From: Nannocystaceae bacterium ST9
GTDB taxonomy: Bacteria; Myxococcota_A; Polyangia; Nannocystales; Nannocystaceae
Length of the DNA: 64,000 nucleotides
Direction of reading: 5' to 3'
NCBI GenBank assembly: GCA_048320885.1
Contig: JBLWFJ010000001.1
Location: 1,669,642 to 1,733,641 of the forward strand
The notes under the pieces are model-generated. The model did no database searches, was not told the origin of the DNA, and saw nothing but the letters and a program-made list of their open reading frames with translations. Positions 39,046-49,224 of the stretch are shown here, in pieces. The position numbers and the translations under genes were made by a program. The first letter of the stretch is position 1. Each line of letters begins with the position of its first letter.

Positions 39046-40746
39046 TCAGGGCGCCGGCTTGGCGATCTTGCTCACCCATCCGACCAGCGCAGCCAGGAAG
39101 GTCGGGTCGACCGCCCGGATCTCCAGATAGCTGGCTTGGTTCGAGTTCCCACCTTCGGGTTTGAACAGGTGATCGAGCCCCGGGTACTCGGCGACTTCGA
39201 AGCTCCGCTTGTGCTTGCGGGCCGAGGACTTGAGCGCGGCGAGATCCTTGATCGGATCGACCTCGAAGTCCTTGTCACCTTGGGCGATCCACAGCGGCAC
39301 GCGAGCGCGAAAGATCAGCGCGTCGGGATCCTCGACCAGGATCTCGCCGTACCAGGCCGCCATCGGGACCAGCGACTCGGGCAGACCCTGCCCGGTCTCG
39401 AGCGAGGCCAGCAGCTCGGGTTGATTCGAGAACAGCTCGCGATAGCTGCGGCCCGGCGTGGCCAGCAGCGCGACGCCGACGATCTCCTTGGGTCGCTCGG
39501 CCGCCAGCGCCAGCGCTCGCCAACCACCTTCGGCGTGGCCGACCGCGATGATCCGATCGGGGTCGACCTCGGGCTGGACCAGCAGCGTGCGAAACGCTCG
39601 GCGCGCGTCGTTGCGTTGGCGGGCCCAGCTGACCTTGGCCTCGGGGCTCTCGCCGGTGCCGGGCTCGTCGTAGCGGATGACCACGAACCCCGCGTTGGCC
39701 AGCGCGTCGCCGATCTCGTGGTAGCCGAGGTCGACCGCGGGCGGCCCCGCGAACCCGTAGCGATCGGTCTCGACGCTGCCGCCGAGGAACACCACGCCCG
39801 GGAAGGGCCCCGCGCCGTGCTTCGCCGGATCGGGGATCAGCAGCTCGCCGCGCAACACCGGATCGTCGGACTGCCCGGGCAGCTCGACCGGCCGGATCGT
39901 GAAGCTCGCGTCGGCGGCAGCGTGGTAGCGCAGCGTGGTCGGGCCCTCGACGTCCCACTCGGGCCAGACCGGGTGAGCCATCGGCTTCACGACCAGCTTG
40001 TCCTCGGGCACCTCGACCCGGGTGATCCGGCCGTGCTCGAGCCAGATCTCTTCGCCGAGGTTGGTCTGCACGACCAGCGTGTCGCCGCGCTGCTCGGCCT
40101 TGCCCGACCACAGATCGGCGCGCCCGGCCGAGAGCGAGATCAGCCGCCACTCGTTGTCGCCGGCCCGCAGCGTGCGAGTCGCGAACATCAGCTCCTCGTG
40201 CAGCGTGGCCATGTAGCCCATCACCGCCGTCTCGCCGTCGTAGCCGAGCTGATCGGTCTCGGCTTCGGGCAGGCCCGAGCGCTTGCCGATCGCCAGCAGC
40301 TCGGGCTTGGCTCGAAAGGTCAGCTCGGCCGCGATCGATCGCTCGAAGCCCTCGACCAGCCGGCCGCGCTCGTCGAACAGGATCTCCGAGCTCCAGCGCA
40401 GCGGCTTGGTCCCGGGCGGCAGCAGCTCGATCCGCGAGGCGAAGCGATGCAGCGTCACGCCCTCGCGCTCGAGCGTGCCTTCGTAGCGACCGAACGAGCG
40501 ACCGATCACCGTGCCCTCCTGCACGAACTCGAACGCCCGGACCTCGCCGAGCGCGTAGAGCCCGGTCAGCGGGCGAGCCTCGCTGATCACCGTGCCGGCC
40601 TCGATCGCCCCGCCCTCGCCCTCGCCGGCCGCGTCGGGATCGAGGGTCGGCGGCGTGACGCAGCCGACCAGCAGCGCGAGGCTCAGAGCGAAGGTCCGCA
40701 TGCCGGCGTTCCGCATGCCGGCGAACATAGCCGAACTCACTCGCAT
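39046..40746 (-). CDS. Alpha/beta-hydrolase-fold lipoprotein (about 566 aa). The nucleophile position may be substituted.
   Basis: The internal start gives [29 protein letters not shown] (lipobox). An alternative start is MRTFA at about 40701. The C-terminal hydrolase region reads VVFLGGS...[11 protein letters not shown]...D...H, and the G-H-A-E-G-G box has Ala where GHSxGG has Ser. Confidence 0.65.
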   Translation of the reverse strand: MRVSSAMFAGMRNAGMRTFALSLALLVGCVTPPTLDPDAAGEGEGGAIEAGTVISEARPLTGLYALGEVRAFEFVQEGTVIGRSFGRYEGTLEREGVTLHRFASRIELLPPGTKPLRWSSEILFDERGRLVEGFERSIAAELTFRAKPELLAIGKRSGLPEAETDQLGYDGETAVMGYMATLHEELMFATRTLRAGDNEWRLISLSAGRADLWSGKAEQRGDTLVVQTNLGEEIWLEHGRITRVEVPEDKLVVKPMAHPVWPEWDVEGPTTLRYHAAADASFTIRPVELPGQSDDPVLRGELLIPDPAKHGAGPFPGVVFLGGSVETDRYGFAGPPAVDLGYHEIGDALANAGFVVIRYDEPGTGESPEAKVSWARQRNDARRAFRTLLVQPEVDPDRIIAVGHAEGGWRALALAAERPKEIVGVALLATPGRSYRELFSNQPELLASLETGQGLPESLVPMAAWYGEILVEDPDALIFRARVPLWIAQGDKDFEVDPIKDLAALKSSARKHKRSFEVAEYPGLDHLFKPEGGNSNQASYLEIRAVDPTFLAALVGWVSKIAKPAP

Positions 40747-42881
40747 GGCCGCACGCGCACCGGCACGTCGAAGAAGAGCGCCCCGGCGCCCATGTCGGTC
40801 TCCTCCGGCGAGGTCAGCCAATTGATGTTGCGCCGGTCGGGGCTGAGCTTGGTCCACCAGATGCTCGGCGCGACCACGGTCCCGCGCACGACCTCGTCGG
40901 TCACGCGCGCGCGCAGCCGGACCAGCCCGCGCTGATTTTCGACCGCGACCTCGCGCCCGTCGACGATCCCCCGAGGCGCCGCGTCGTCGGGATGCACGAG
41001 CAAGCTCGGGCCGCGCTCGCGGGCCGCGAACTTGGCCACGTTGACGAAGCTGGTGTTGAGGAACGAGTGGGCCGGCGGCGAGATGCAGTGCAGCGTGTGC
41101 TCGTCGCCTTCGCGCGCGACGTCGGTCGGCGAGAAGCTCGGCAGTGGATCGTAGCCGTCGGCCGCCATCGACTCGCTGAACAATTCGCAGCGCCCGCTCG
41201 GGGTCGGAAACTCGCCCGCCGCGAAGGGCAGGTAGGGCTCGGGCACGTCGAGCCGACAAAAACCCCGCTCGCTCAGGCGCTCCCACGTGATGCTGGCGAG
41301 CGCAGGGTCGGTCTGATCGGCGACGAACTGGCGGAGGATCGCCTCGTCGCTCTCGCGGAAGCAGGGCTCGTCGAAGCCCATCGCCACCGCGAGGTTGCGG
41401 AAGATTTCGGCGTTCGATCGGCTCTCGCCGACCGGCGCGATCGCGGGCCGATTGAGCCCGAGATAGAGGTGACCGTAAGGCTTGACGATGTCCCAGTGCT
41501 CGAGCTGCGTGGTCGCGGGCAAGATCAGATCGGCCCAGTCGGCGGTGTCGGTCTGGAAGTGCTCGAGCACGACCGTGAACAGATCCTCGCGCGCCAACCC
41601 ACGCACGACCGCGCCCTGATCCGGCGTGACCGCGGCCGGGTTGCAGTTGTAGACGAAGAGCGCGTGCACGGGCGGGCCCGGCTCGGCCGGCAGCGGATCG
41701 ATCGGTCGCTCGCGCAGCCGAGCGCGGCGCAGATCCTCGCGATCGAGCGAGAGCGCCTCGCCCAGCCGGTTCATGTTGAAGGTTCGCGGGTTGCGATCGC
41801 CGAGCAGATCCGAGCGCTCGAGCCCCGCCAGGTTCAACGCGAAGCTGCCCGAGCTCGACAGCTGCAGGCCCCCGCCGCGCTCGCGCCACGAGCCGATCAA
41901 CGCCGGCAAGCAGGCGATCGTGCGGACCGCCATCCCGCCGCCGCGGTGGCGCTGAAGCCCGTAGTTGATCCGGATCGCCGCCGGCCGAACGCTCGCGTAC
42001 TCGCGGGCCATCGAACGGATCCGCGACGCCGGCACGCCCGTGATCGCCTCGACCCGCTCGGGCGCCCACTCGCGCGCCCGCTCGGCCAGCGCCGCGAACC
42101 CGATCGTCGCGCGCTCGACATACTCGTGATCGATCAGGTCTTCGCCGATCAGCACGTGCATCAAGCCGAGCGCCAGCGCCCCGTCGGTGCCCGGCCGGAT
42201 CGGCAGCCACTCGTCGGCCGCCCGCGCCGTGCGAGTGCGGACCGGATCGATCACCACGAGCTTGGCCCCGGCCTTGCGCGCCTTCGTGATGATCGGCCAC
42301 AGGTGCATGTTGCTGGTCAGTGTGTTGCTGCCCCACAGCCAGATCAGCCGGGCGTGCTCGAAGTCCAGCGGATCGGGGGCGATCGCCCGACCGAGCGTGT
42401 AGAGCAACCCGTGCTTGCCCGCGCTCGCGCAGATCGTCCGAGCCAACCGCGTGGCCCCGAGCCGATGAAAGAAGCGCTGGGCCATCCCCTCGCCTTGCAG
42501 CAGCCCCATCGTGCCGGCGTACGAGTACTGCAACACCGACTCGGCCCCGTGACGATCGATCACCGCCCGCGTGCGCTCGGCGATCTCGGCCAGCGCCGCG
42601 TCCCACGAGACCGGCTCGAAGCGACCTTCACCCTTGCGACCCACGCGACGCAGCGGCGTGGTCAGGCGCTCGGCGTGGTAGCTGCGCTCGAGGTAGTTGT
42701 CGACCTTTCCGCACAGCTTGCCGGCCGTGAACGGGTGCTCGGCGTGCCCCCAGATATCGACCGCGCGACCGCTCTCGACCTCGACCGCGACCTGCCACGC
42801 GCAGGTGTCCGGGCAGTCGTGCGGGCAGGTGCCGGTCACGACGCGGAAGCGAGGATCGCTGCGGTAGTGTTCGCGGCTCAC
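40737..42881 (-). CDS. Molybdopterin oxidoreductase (MopB superfamily, NasA/formate-dehydrogenase-like catalytic subunit).
   Basis: A GTG start is read 19 aa ahead of the CPHDCPDTC...C 4Fe-4S motif. MopB-like blocks run throughout ([18 protein letters not shown]). The 5' part of track ORF 40737..43265 is R-rich junk. Confidence 0.8.
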   Translation of the reverse strand: MSREHYRSDPRFRVVTGTCPHDCPDTCAWQVAVEVESGRAVDIWGHAEHPFTAGKLCGKVDNYLERSYHAERLTTPLRRVGRKGEGRFEPVSWDAALAEIAERTRAVIDRHGAESVLQYSYAGTMGLLQGEGMAQRFFHRLGATRLARTICASAGKHGLLYTLGRAIAPDPLDFEHARLIWLWGSNTLTSNMHLWPIITKARKAGAKLVVIDPVRTRTARAADEWLPIRPGTDGALALGLMHVLIGEDLIDHEYVERATIGFAALAERAREWAPERVEAITGVPASRIRSMAREYASVRPAAIRINYGLQRHRGGGMAVRTIACLPALIGSWRERGGGLQLSSSGSFALNLAGLERSDLLGDRNPRTFNMNRLGEALSLDREDLRRARLRERPIDPLPAEPGPPVHALFVYNCNPAAVTPDQGAVVRGLAREDLFTVVLEHFQTDTADWADLILPATTQLEHWDIVKPYGHLYLGLNRPAIAPVGESRSNAEIFRNLAVAMGFDEPCFRESDEAILRQFVADQTDPALASITWERLSERGFCRLDVPEPYLPFAAGEFPTPSGRCELFSESMAADGYDPLPSFSPTDVAREGDEHTLHCISPPAHSFLNTSFVNVAKFAARERGPSLLVHPDDAAPRGIVDGREVAVENQRGLVRLRARVTDEVVRGTVVAPSIWWTKLSPDRRNINWLTSPEETDMGAGALFFDVPVRVRPCE

Positions 42882-42937
42882 GGCGTGGATGGTAGCGCAT
42901 GCACGGACGGCCTCGGAGTTGTGGTAGGTTGCGCGCC

Positions 42938-44602
42938 ATGGCGTCTCGGACGCGCAGCACGTACGCCCACGCACCGATGTACGAGCAGCTCCTGCTCTTC
43001 CCGGAGCGGGCCGAGTACCTCGCGGATCGTCGGTTTGACTCGTACCGCGTGAGCCTCGAGCACTGGAAGGCGCTCGCCAGCACCTTCCGCGAAGCGTTCG
43101 AGACCGTCTACGAGCGTGGGAGCGCCCGCGTGTTGCTCGTGCATGGCGGCCAGGGCCATGGCAAGAGCCTGTTCGTCCAGACGCTCGAGAAGGACTTCGC
43201 CAGCTCGTCGGGCTCGACGACTCGGGATCCCGGGAACCTCTGGCATGCGCTCGCCGGAGGCTCACCTCCGAGCGTTGAGACGATCCGCCGCGCGACCGAG
43301 ACCACGGTGCTTCGGCGCGTGAGCCCGCGGGCCAATTGGCTCGCCGACGAACGAACGTTCGCCAAACAGAACACGCACTCGATGCGCATCTTCCTGTTCG
43401 ACGACGCGCAGAAAGATCCTTTCGTGCGTGAATGGGCCGATCTTCCTCAGGCCGACTACGCGCGGTTGAAAGCCGATGGTCATCGAAGCGTCGCGCTCGA
43501 GTCGGTCGCCGAGCGGATCGTCGAGGACTGTCGTGGTGACTTTCAACGGGCGATCTTCGTGCTGCTCTCGAACGACCCGGGATATCTCGACGAGCTCAAG
43601 ACGCAGATCGATCGGTCGCACGAGGGCCTGGCGCTACGGGTCGAACTGCCCCTGCCTGCGCCTGCCGTCAAAGAAGAGATCGTTCGCACCAACACCAACT
43701 TGCTGAATCCTCGGAGCTACTGGTTCTGCCTCGATCAAGGCGGCCCGGACGAAAAGAAAGACGCGTTCACGACATTGAAGGGCGACCGAGGATTCCTCGA
43801 CTCGTTCCAGGCGATCAGCCGTGCATTGGCGGCCCAACACCGAGCAAAGCGCACTGGCCGGCCCGCGAACAAGAACCTGCTCACGCTCGTGACGCTGGGG
43901 ACCGCCCCGGCCGAGGTCGCGTCGTTCCTCGACGATCACGAGATGGAGCCCGACGAGCAGACGACGGGCCTCCACGTCGGCGTGTGGATGTTCCGAAACC
44001 GCTGGGCCTCGGCGTTGAACCTCGAACCCGGAGGCGACCACTCGCGACGTGCAAGCCTCGTCGAATCCGAATTTTCTCTGCGTTGGGTCGCGTTCGACAT
44101 GGCCGCGACTCGGATCTCGTGCGAGGCCCCGGACGACGACGAACTCGCCGCCAAGCTCGTCACCGTCCTGCGCAGCGCACCGAGCATCGGCGCGAGCAAG
44201 GAGGTCAAACTCCGCGACAAGGGCGTCGTCGACCAGATCAACGAGGCCCTCGCTCGCTCGGCGTCGGAACCCGAGGTGAGCGCCTTCGCAGCGAGGTTCA
44301 TCTCGCTCGGCCAACAGCGAAGCCGAATCTACGAGCCCGCGATCGCCAAGCGTTTGGCTCGGCCCTTGAGCACGGGGCTGCGAGCATGGACCTCGCTCAA
44401 GCCCGACGTCATCCTCGAGGAGTACGAGCCCTGCGCGGTCACCAGCGCCGCGACCTCCGAAGCCAAGGCGATCGAACTCGCCATCAAGCGAGGGTGTCAC
44501 GTGATCGAAATGACGGCGCATCTGCTGGCCGACATGCGTGGACTCGACGGCTATCTGGGCGACAAGGTTCGGGTCTACGCCGAGCTGCTCGAATCCGTTT
44601 GA
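42938..44602 (+). CDS. P-loop NTPase, uncharacterised (about 555 aa).
   Basis: Walker A reads [12 protein letters not shown] and a Walker B-like RIFLFDD lies about 95 aa later. No other recognisable domain is present. It is divergent from the MopB gene with about 57 bp between the starts. Confidence 0.65.
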   Translation: MASRTRSTYAHAPMYEQLLLFPERAEYLADRRFDSYRVSLEHWKALASTFREAFETVYERGSARVLLVHGGQGHGKSLFVQTLEKDFASSSGSTTRDPGNLWHALAGGSPPSVETIRRATETTVLRRVSPRANWLADERTFAKQNTHSMRIFLFDDAQKDPFVREWADLPQADYARLKADGHRSVALESVAERIVEDCRGDFQRAIFVLLSNDPGYLDELKTQIDRSHEGLALRVELPLPAPAVKEEIVRTNTNLLNPRSYWFCLDQGGPDEKKDAFTTLKGDRGFLDSFQAISRALAAQHRAKRTGRPANKNLLTLVTLGTAPAEVASFLDDHEMEPDEQTTGLHVGVWMFRNRWASALNLEPGGDHSRRASLVESEFSLRWVAFDMAATRISCEAPDDDELAAKLVTVLRSAPSIGASKEVKLRDKGVVDQINEALARSASEPEVSAFAARFISLGQQRSRIYEPAIAKRLARPLSTGLRAWTSLKPDVILEEYEPCAVTSAATSEAKAIELAIKRGCHVIEMTAHLLADMRGLDGYLGDKVRVYAELLESV

Positions 44603-44680
44603 CGCGTCACCGGCGCGCAGATCGTCGAACGCCGCAATCGCTGGCCAAGGATCCGTCCCTCGTCGGACTATCTACGCACC

Positions 44681-45328
44681 ATGCCCTGGGACCGCGACCA
44701 GATTGCCGCCCGCGCCGCGCGAGAGCTGCCGACCAACGGCGTCGTCAACCTCGGGATCGGCATCCCCACGTTGGTCGCCAACCACCTCGAGCCCGCGCGC
44801 AACATCTTCTTGCACTCCGAGAACGGCCTGCTCGGCATGGGCCCCTTCCCGCGCGAGGACGAGGTCGACGCGCAGATCATCAACGCCGGCAAGCAGACCG
44901 TGACCGTGCTGCCCGGCGGCAGCACCTTCGACTCGGCGCTCAGCTTCGCGATGATCCGCGGCGGCCACGTCGACGTCGCGGTGCTCGGCGCGATGCAGGT
45001 GAGCGAGCGTGGAGATCTCGCCAACTGGATGGTCCCGGGCCAGAAGGTCGCGGGGATCGGCGGCGCGATGGACCTCGCGACCGGCGCGCGGAAGGTGATC
45101 GCGGTCCTCACCCACCGCGACCGCGACGGCGCCAGCAAGCTCGTGCGCCAGTGCACGCTGCCGCTCACCGCCCTGCGCTGCGTCGACCTCGTGATCACCG
45201 AACTGGCCGTGATCGCGGTCGACAAGCAGGGCCAGGGCGGCTTCACGCTGGTCGAGGTCGCCCCGGGCGTCAGCGTCGACGAGGTCGTCGCCGCCACCGG
45301 CGGCTCCCTCGTGGTCCCCGCGGCTTGA
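44681..45328 (+). CDS. scoB: 3-oxoacid CoA-transferase subunit B (ScoB/AtoA-type). No adjacent A subunit is present.
   Basis: [36 protein letters not shown]...SENG is the canonical B-subunit N-terminus. It is 215 aa. Confidence 0.85.
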   Translation: MPWDRDQIAARAARELPTNGVVNLGIGIPTLVANHLEPARNIFLHSENGLLGMGPFPREDEVDAQIINAGKQTVTVLPGGSTFDSALSFAMIRGGHVDVAVLGAMQVSERGDLANWMVPGQKVAGIGGAMDLATGARKVIAVLTHRDRDGASKLVRQCTLPLTALRCVDLVITELAVIAVDKQGQGGFTLVEVAPGVSVDEVVAATGGSLVVPAA

Positions 45329-45393
45329 GTCGCCTCACCTCCCGAGGGGTTGGCAGCGCCGGAGGATCGTGTACCTTCCCGTTCCCCGACAGC

Positions 45394-45466
45394 GGGCTCG
45401 TAGCTCAATTGGCAGAGCAGCGGACTCTTAATCCGCGGGTTGTAGGTTCAATTCCTACCGGGCTCA
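45394..45466 (+). tRNA. tRNA-Lys (anticodon CUU).
   Basis: A manual cloverleaf gives acceptor gggctcg/cgggctc (two G-U pairs), D-arm gctc/gagc, anticodon stem gcgga/tccgc with loop cuCUUaa, T-arm gtagg-ttcaatt-cctac and discriminator A. No CCA is encoded. Confidence 0.8.
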
Positions 45467-45481
45467 CTCAAAAATCAAGCG

Positions 45482-45513
45482 AAGGGGAGCCATTTCGATG
45501 GCTCCCCTTTTTC
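45482..45513 (+). terminator. Rho-independent terminator downstream of tRNA-Lys.
   Basis: The stem aaggggagcc / ggctcccctt has an 8-nt loop and is followed by a T5 run. Confidence 0.7.
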
Positions 45514-45629
45514 GTGTGCTCCTGCGTCGCCGCGAGCATACGGCCAATGGTGCAGTGCGCCCGATCGATCGGATCACTCGATACCCTTCGCTTGTCAGGC
45601 GTCCCGATCTCCGCCACGGTCGATGGCCG

Positions 45630-46649
45630 ATGCGCCTGCTCTCGGGCTCCCTCGTTCGCGTGCTCCTCTTCGCATTCGTGGTGGCGCTCGCATGCGGGTG
45701 GGCCTCCGCGGTGCGGGCCGCCCCGGCCGAGGCCGAGACGAGCGTCGAGCCGACCCGGATGGGTGTGTTCGTGAGCTCGCTCGCCGACATCAGCGAGACC
45801 CAGCGACGCTTCGAGATCATTTTCTGGGTGTGGCTCTTGCCGCCGGCGTCCGACCCGACGCCCGACCCGGCCAAGACGCTCGAGATCATGAACGCAGTCA
45901 CGACCGAGCGGCAACACTCGGTCACCGACGACACGCCCTCGGGACGCTACTCGCAAGTCAAGCTGCGCGCGCTGGTCCGCAATCCGCTCGACTTCACCGA
46001 CTTCCCCTTCGACCGCCACGTGCTGCGAGTGGTCATCGAGGACGCCGAACGCGACACCCGAACCCTCGAATTCGTGCCCGACACGCCGGCCGACGGCCGC
46101 GCGCCGGTGGTGGTCTCGCAAGACCTCGACCCGCAGGACTGGGACATCGGCGAGCTGACGCTGACCGCGACACACCAGAGCGAACCCACCAATTACGGCG
46201 ACCCGACCCAGACCACCGACAGCGTGTTCTCGCGTGTCGTGCTCGGCATCGAAATCACCCGCAAGCACTCGCTGCGGATCCTGCTGACGCTGCTGTTGGG
46301 CACGTTCATGGGCGTCGTCGTGGCATTCTTCGCCGTGCTGCTGCCGATCCAGCAGTCACCCCCGCGCTATACGTTGCTCTCGGGCGCGCTGTTCGTGTGC
46401 ATCGCCAACCGGCTCTTGGTGGATACGCGCTTGCCTCCCGGCAGCTCGCTCGGCCTGATCGATCTGATGCAGTTGGCCGCGATCCTGGGCCTCTTGCTGC
46501 TCACCGGGATGAGCCTCGTGCTGACGAACTGGGCCGAGAAGAAGCTGTCCCCCGCGCGCGCGACCCAGCTCAGCCAGCGCGTGGGGTTGGCGTGGATCTC
46601 CGGCTTGGCCGTGGTCCAGGTGCTGCTCGTGTGGGCTCACGCCCGTTAG
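45630..46649 (+). CDS. Pentameric ligand-gated ion channel (Cys-loop receptor-type, GLIC/ELIC-like) homolog.
   Basis: It has a signal peptide (MRLLSGSLVRVLLFAFVVALACGWASA) and a beta-rich extracellular domain with the FPFD motif (DFTDFPFDRHVL). C-terminal TM helices follow (ILLTLLLGTFMGVVVAFFAVLLP, LLSGALFVCIA, LAAILGLLLLTGMSLVL). Confidence 0.6.
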   Translation: MRLLSGSLVRVLLFAFVVALACGWASAVRAAPAEAETSVEPTRMGVFVSSLADISETQRRFEIIFWVWLLPPASDPTPDPAKTLEIMNAVTTERQHSVTDDTPSGRYSQVKLRALVRNPLDFTDFPFDRHVLRVVIEDAERDTRTLEFVPDTPADGRAPVVVSQDLDPQDWDIGELTLTATHQSEPTNYGDPTQTTDSVFSRVVLGIEITRKHSLRILLTLLLGTFMGVVVAFFAVLLPIQQSPPRYTLLSGALFVCIANRLLVDTRLPPGSSLGLIDLMQLAAILGLLLLTGMSLVLTNWAEKKLSPARATQLSQRVGLAWISGLAVVQVLLVWAHAR

Positions 46650-46667
46650 CGCGGCATCAGCCACTCG

Positions 46668-47957
46668 TCAGAGGGTGCAGTTGAGACACGTGCAGTTCGC
46701 GAGGTCGGTCGTGATGACCACCGCGTGGTCATCCCACTCGAAGTACGCGTCGACGATCTGGAACTGCGAGGTCGACACCTCGAAGATTGCGCTATCGCTG
46801 TTCCCCATCCTGAAGCCGTAGCTTTGCTCGGACTCCATGGGCAGATCGCCATCCATCACGACGTCCAGGGCAAACATTCGCTGCGCGATCGAGCCCTCGT
46901 CGGTGCTGGCGTCGACCAGACCGAAGCCGTCAAAGGCGAGTGAGGCTCGCATGTCATCGCTGGCGTAGCCGCCGCTCGAGAAGGGAGCTCCGATGAATTC
47001 GAGGCTGTCGATGCTGAACCAGCAGGAAGGCGTCGTGCATCCATTCTCGCGACGAAGCACGACGGAGCCTTCGAGTTCGGTGAAATCGTTGCCCGCAATG
47101 CCCGAGACTTCGGCCTCCCCCTCCAGATCGCATTCCAAGATGAAGAACGAGCCCGCCTCCTGGGGTTCGTTCTCGCTGGTCACACAGGCCTGCTCGAGAT
47201 CGAAGGGGCCCTCGTTCTCGTCGATCGTGCAGCTTGCCTCAAGACTCGCACAGGCGAGTGCGCCAGGTCCCGAGTCGACGTCGGGATTCGGGAAGATGAA
47301 GGAAACGCCTTTGCGCACGCTGTCGACGCAGTCGTCGTAGTTGGACTCAAGGTAGTTGATCCAGGTAGTCAGCCCCTCCACGACACGATCGAAGCACGCG
47401 GTGTTTTCTCCGCAGCCGCCAGGTGGACTGTTGATGTGGCTGTCGAGTGCATCGTTCAACTCCGCGAGCGCAATGTTGCAGGCACCACGCGCGCAATCAG
47501 CCTCGCAGCCATCCACGACTTGCTGTGTCGAAGAGTTGGTTTCACAGCATGCACGAGCGTCCGGCTCGGTTTCCGGCGGCTCGGGCGGGAACATGAAGGG
47601 CCCCACTCCGATGGGCGCGCTTTCCCAGTTATCGAGTGCCTGGAAATTGCACTCGCCCGCGATCTCGGCAGTGCAGCCCAGCAACTGTCCGCATTTGATG
47701 TACTGGAATACGCCCTCGCCTTCGCCGACACACTGAAACAAGTTGGGATCCTCGGGTTGGTAGCCGTCTGGCTCCCAGCAACTCACTGGTTCTGGCCCTG
47801 TGTCGGATTCATCGCCGGACTCATCACCGATCTCGTCGCCGACCGTGTCTCCCACAGTCGGCTCCCAGCCGTCCGGCAGGTCTTCATTGTTACACGCCGT
47901 GAGCAGTGTCATGGCGAGCGCTGCGCCCCATTTGACCTTCTGGATTGAATCGCACAT
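46668..47957 (-). CDS. Cysteine-rich secreted lipoprotein (about 430 aa) in a lower-GC islet.
   Basis: The internal start gives MCDSIQKVKWGAALAMTLLTAC (lipobox). More than 30 Cys and many acidic residues follow. GC is visibly lower than the flanks. The upstream part of the track ORF is junk. Confidence 0.6.
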   Translation of the reverse strand: MCDSIQKVKWGAALAMTLLTACNNEDLPDGWEPTVGDTVGDEIGDESGDESDTGPEPVSCWEPDGYQPEDPNLFQCVGEGEGVFQYIKCGQLLGCTAEIAGECNFQALDNWESAPIGVGPFMFPPEPPETEPDARACCETNSSTQQVVDGCEADCARGACNIALAELNDALDSHINSPPGGCGENTACFDRVVEGLTTWINYLESNYDDCVDSVRKGVSFIFPNPDVDSGPGALACASLEASCTIDENEGPFDLEQACVTSENEPQEAGSFFILECDLEGEAEVSGIAGNDFTELEGSVVLRRENGCTTPSCWFSIDSLEFIGAPFSSGGYASDDMRASLAFDGFGLVDASTDEGSIAQRMFALDVVMDGDLPMESEQSYGFRMGNSDSAIFEVSTSQFQIVDAYFEWDDHAVVITTDLANCTCLNCTL

Positions 47958-48033
47958 GCCCCAACGTGTAGGGGACCGTGGACTGGCTGTCAACAGCCTT
48001 GATCCAGTTGTATGGGCATGATAAATTTCCACC

Positions 48034-49206
48034 ATGCCGGGCATCCGAAGCTGCTTTGCGCTCACCATGATGCTCGCTGGCTGCGTCGAGAAACCAGAAG
48101 ATAATGGCGAAACACCAGCCAAAGGGCCGGATTTCGAGGTGGTGTACCACACCGAGTATGTCGACATCGCACCTGGCTTCACCCAGCCCGTATGCCAAGG
48201 TTCGCTCGACGAGATTGACCGACACATCGAAGCCACCGCTGAATTTCTCGATATCGAAATACAGGATCGTATCACGTTATATTGGTATAACAACAACGCC
48301 GACGGTGCCATTACCGACAATGATGAGATCTGCAATTGGTGTCCCTGCAAGAGCTGCTATAATGGTGCTGTCAATACGGATCTCGGTGCGCTTCACCACG
48401 AATTGGTGCATGCCGTCGTCGCTCCGGCGTGGGGATGGAGCGATTGGCTGTTCTCCGAGGGCATCGCGGGCGCCCTGGACCGCTACAGCACGTGGATCGG
48501 ATTGACCGGCCACGGTGACGGACTCACCATTTATCCCGCCCTGACCACCGTGACGCCAACCGAGATGATCGGCAAACACGACGGCGATCACTTCGTCCTG
48601 TGGCTCATCGATCGATTCGGCCTCGAGGCGTTTCGCGCCATGTTCGAGCCGCGGCTGCGGCCGTCCTCGACCGTCGACGAAGTGCTCGCTGCGATCGAAG
48701 AGGTCTACGGCTCGCCGCTCGCGGAACTCGAAGTCGAATACTACGCGACGGCGCCCCAGATCTACCCGCTGCCGGGTCTGTGCGAAGGGTTGCTCGAGCT
48801 GCCGTGGAACGACGAGAGCGTATGGGAGCTTCGTGTCGACGCCGACTGCGACGCGCCCTACATGTTCGGGCCGAACGACGACGGCGACATGTACGTGGTC
48901 GCAATCGTCGACATCCCGCCGGATCTCGTGGGGACCTCGATCGCAACATGGAACCCCGGCGATACGACCGGCAGCGCCTGGCCTTGCCTCGACGCACCGA
49001 TCGACGAGCTACCCGACTACGACGCTCTCACGGACCGGCCGGTGTGGAACAACGGGCCGACGACCTTTCGCATGCCTGGCCGGCATCGGGTCGAGCTGCC
49101 GGTCGCCACGTCGGGCGAGGTCTACCTGCGCCTGTGCCTCGACAACGGCAAGTTCCCCGGCGCGTATCCGCAGGACAAGACCGTGGATCCCGAGAACTGT
49201 CTGTGA
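48034..49206 (+). CDS. Lipoprotein with an HExxH zinc-metallopeptidase-like motif (390 aa) in the lower-GC islet.
   Basis: It has an MLAGC lipobox and LHHELVHAVV (HExxH). Several Cys residues are present, and codon usage is of lower GC. Confidence 0.65.
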   Translation: MPGIRSCFALTMMLAGCVEKPEDNGETPAKGPDFEVVYHTEYVDIAPGFTQPVCQGSLDEIDRHIEATAEFLDIEIQDRITLYWYNNNADGAITDNDEICNWCPCKSCYNGAVNTDLGALHHELVHAVVAPAWGWSDWLFSEGIAGALDRYSTWIGLTGHGDGLTIYPALTTVTPTEMIGKHDGDHFVLWLIDRFGLEAFRAMFEPRLRPSSTVDEVLAAIEEVYGSPLAELEVEYYATAPQIYPLPGLCEGLLELPWNDESVWELRVDADCDAPYMFGPNDDGDMYVVAIVDIPPDLVGTSIATWNPGDTTGSAWPCLDAPIDELPDYDALTDRPVWNNGPTTFRMPGRHRVELPVATSGEVYLRLCLDNGKFPGAYPQDKTVDPENCL

Positions 49207-49224
49207 TCGAGTGATCGACCCGCG

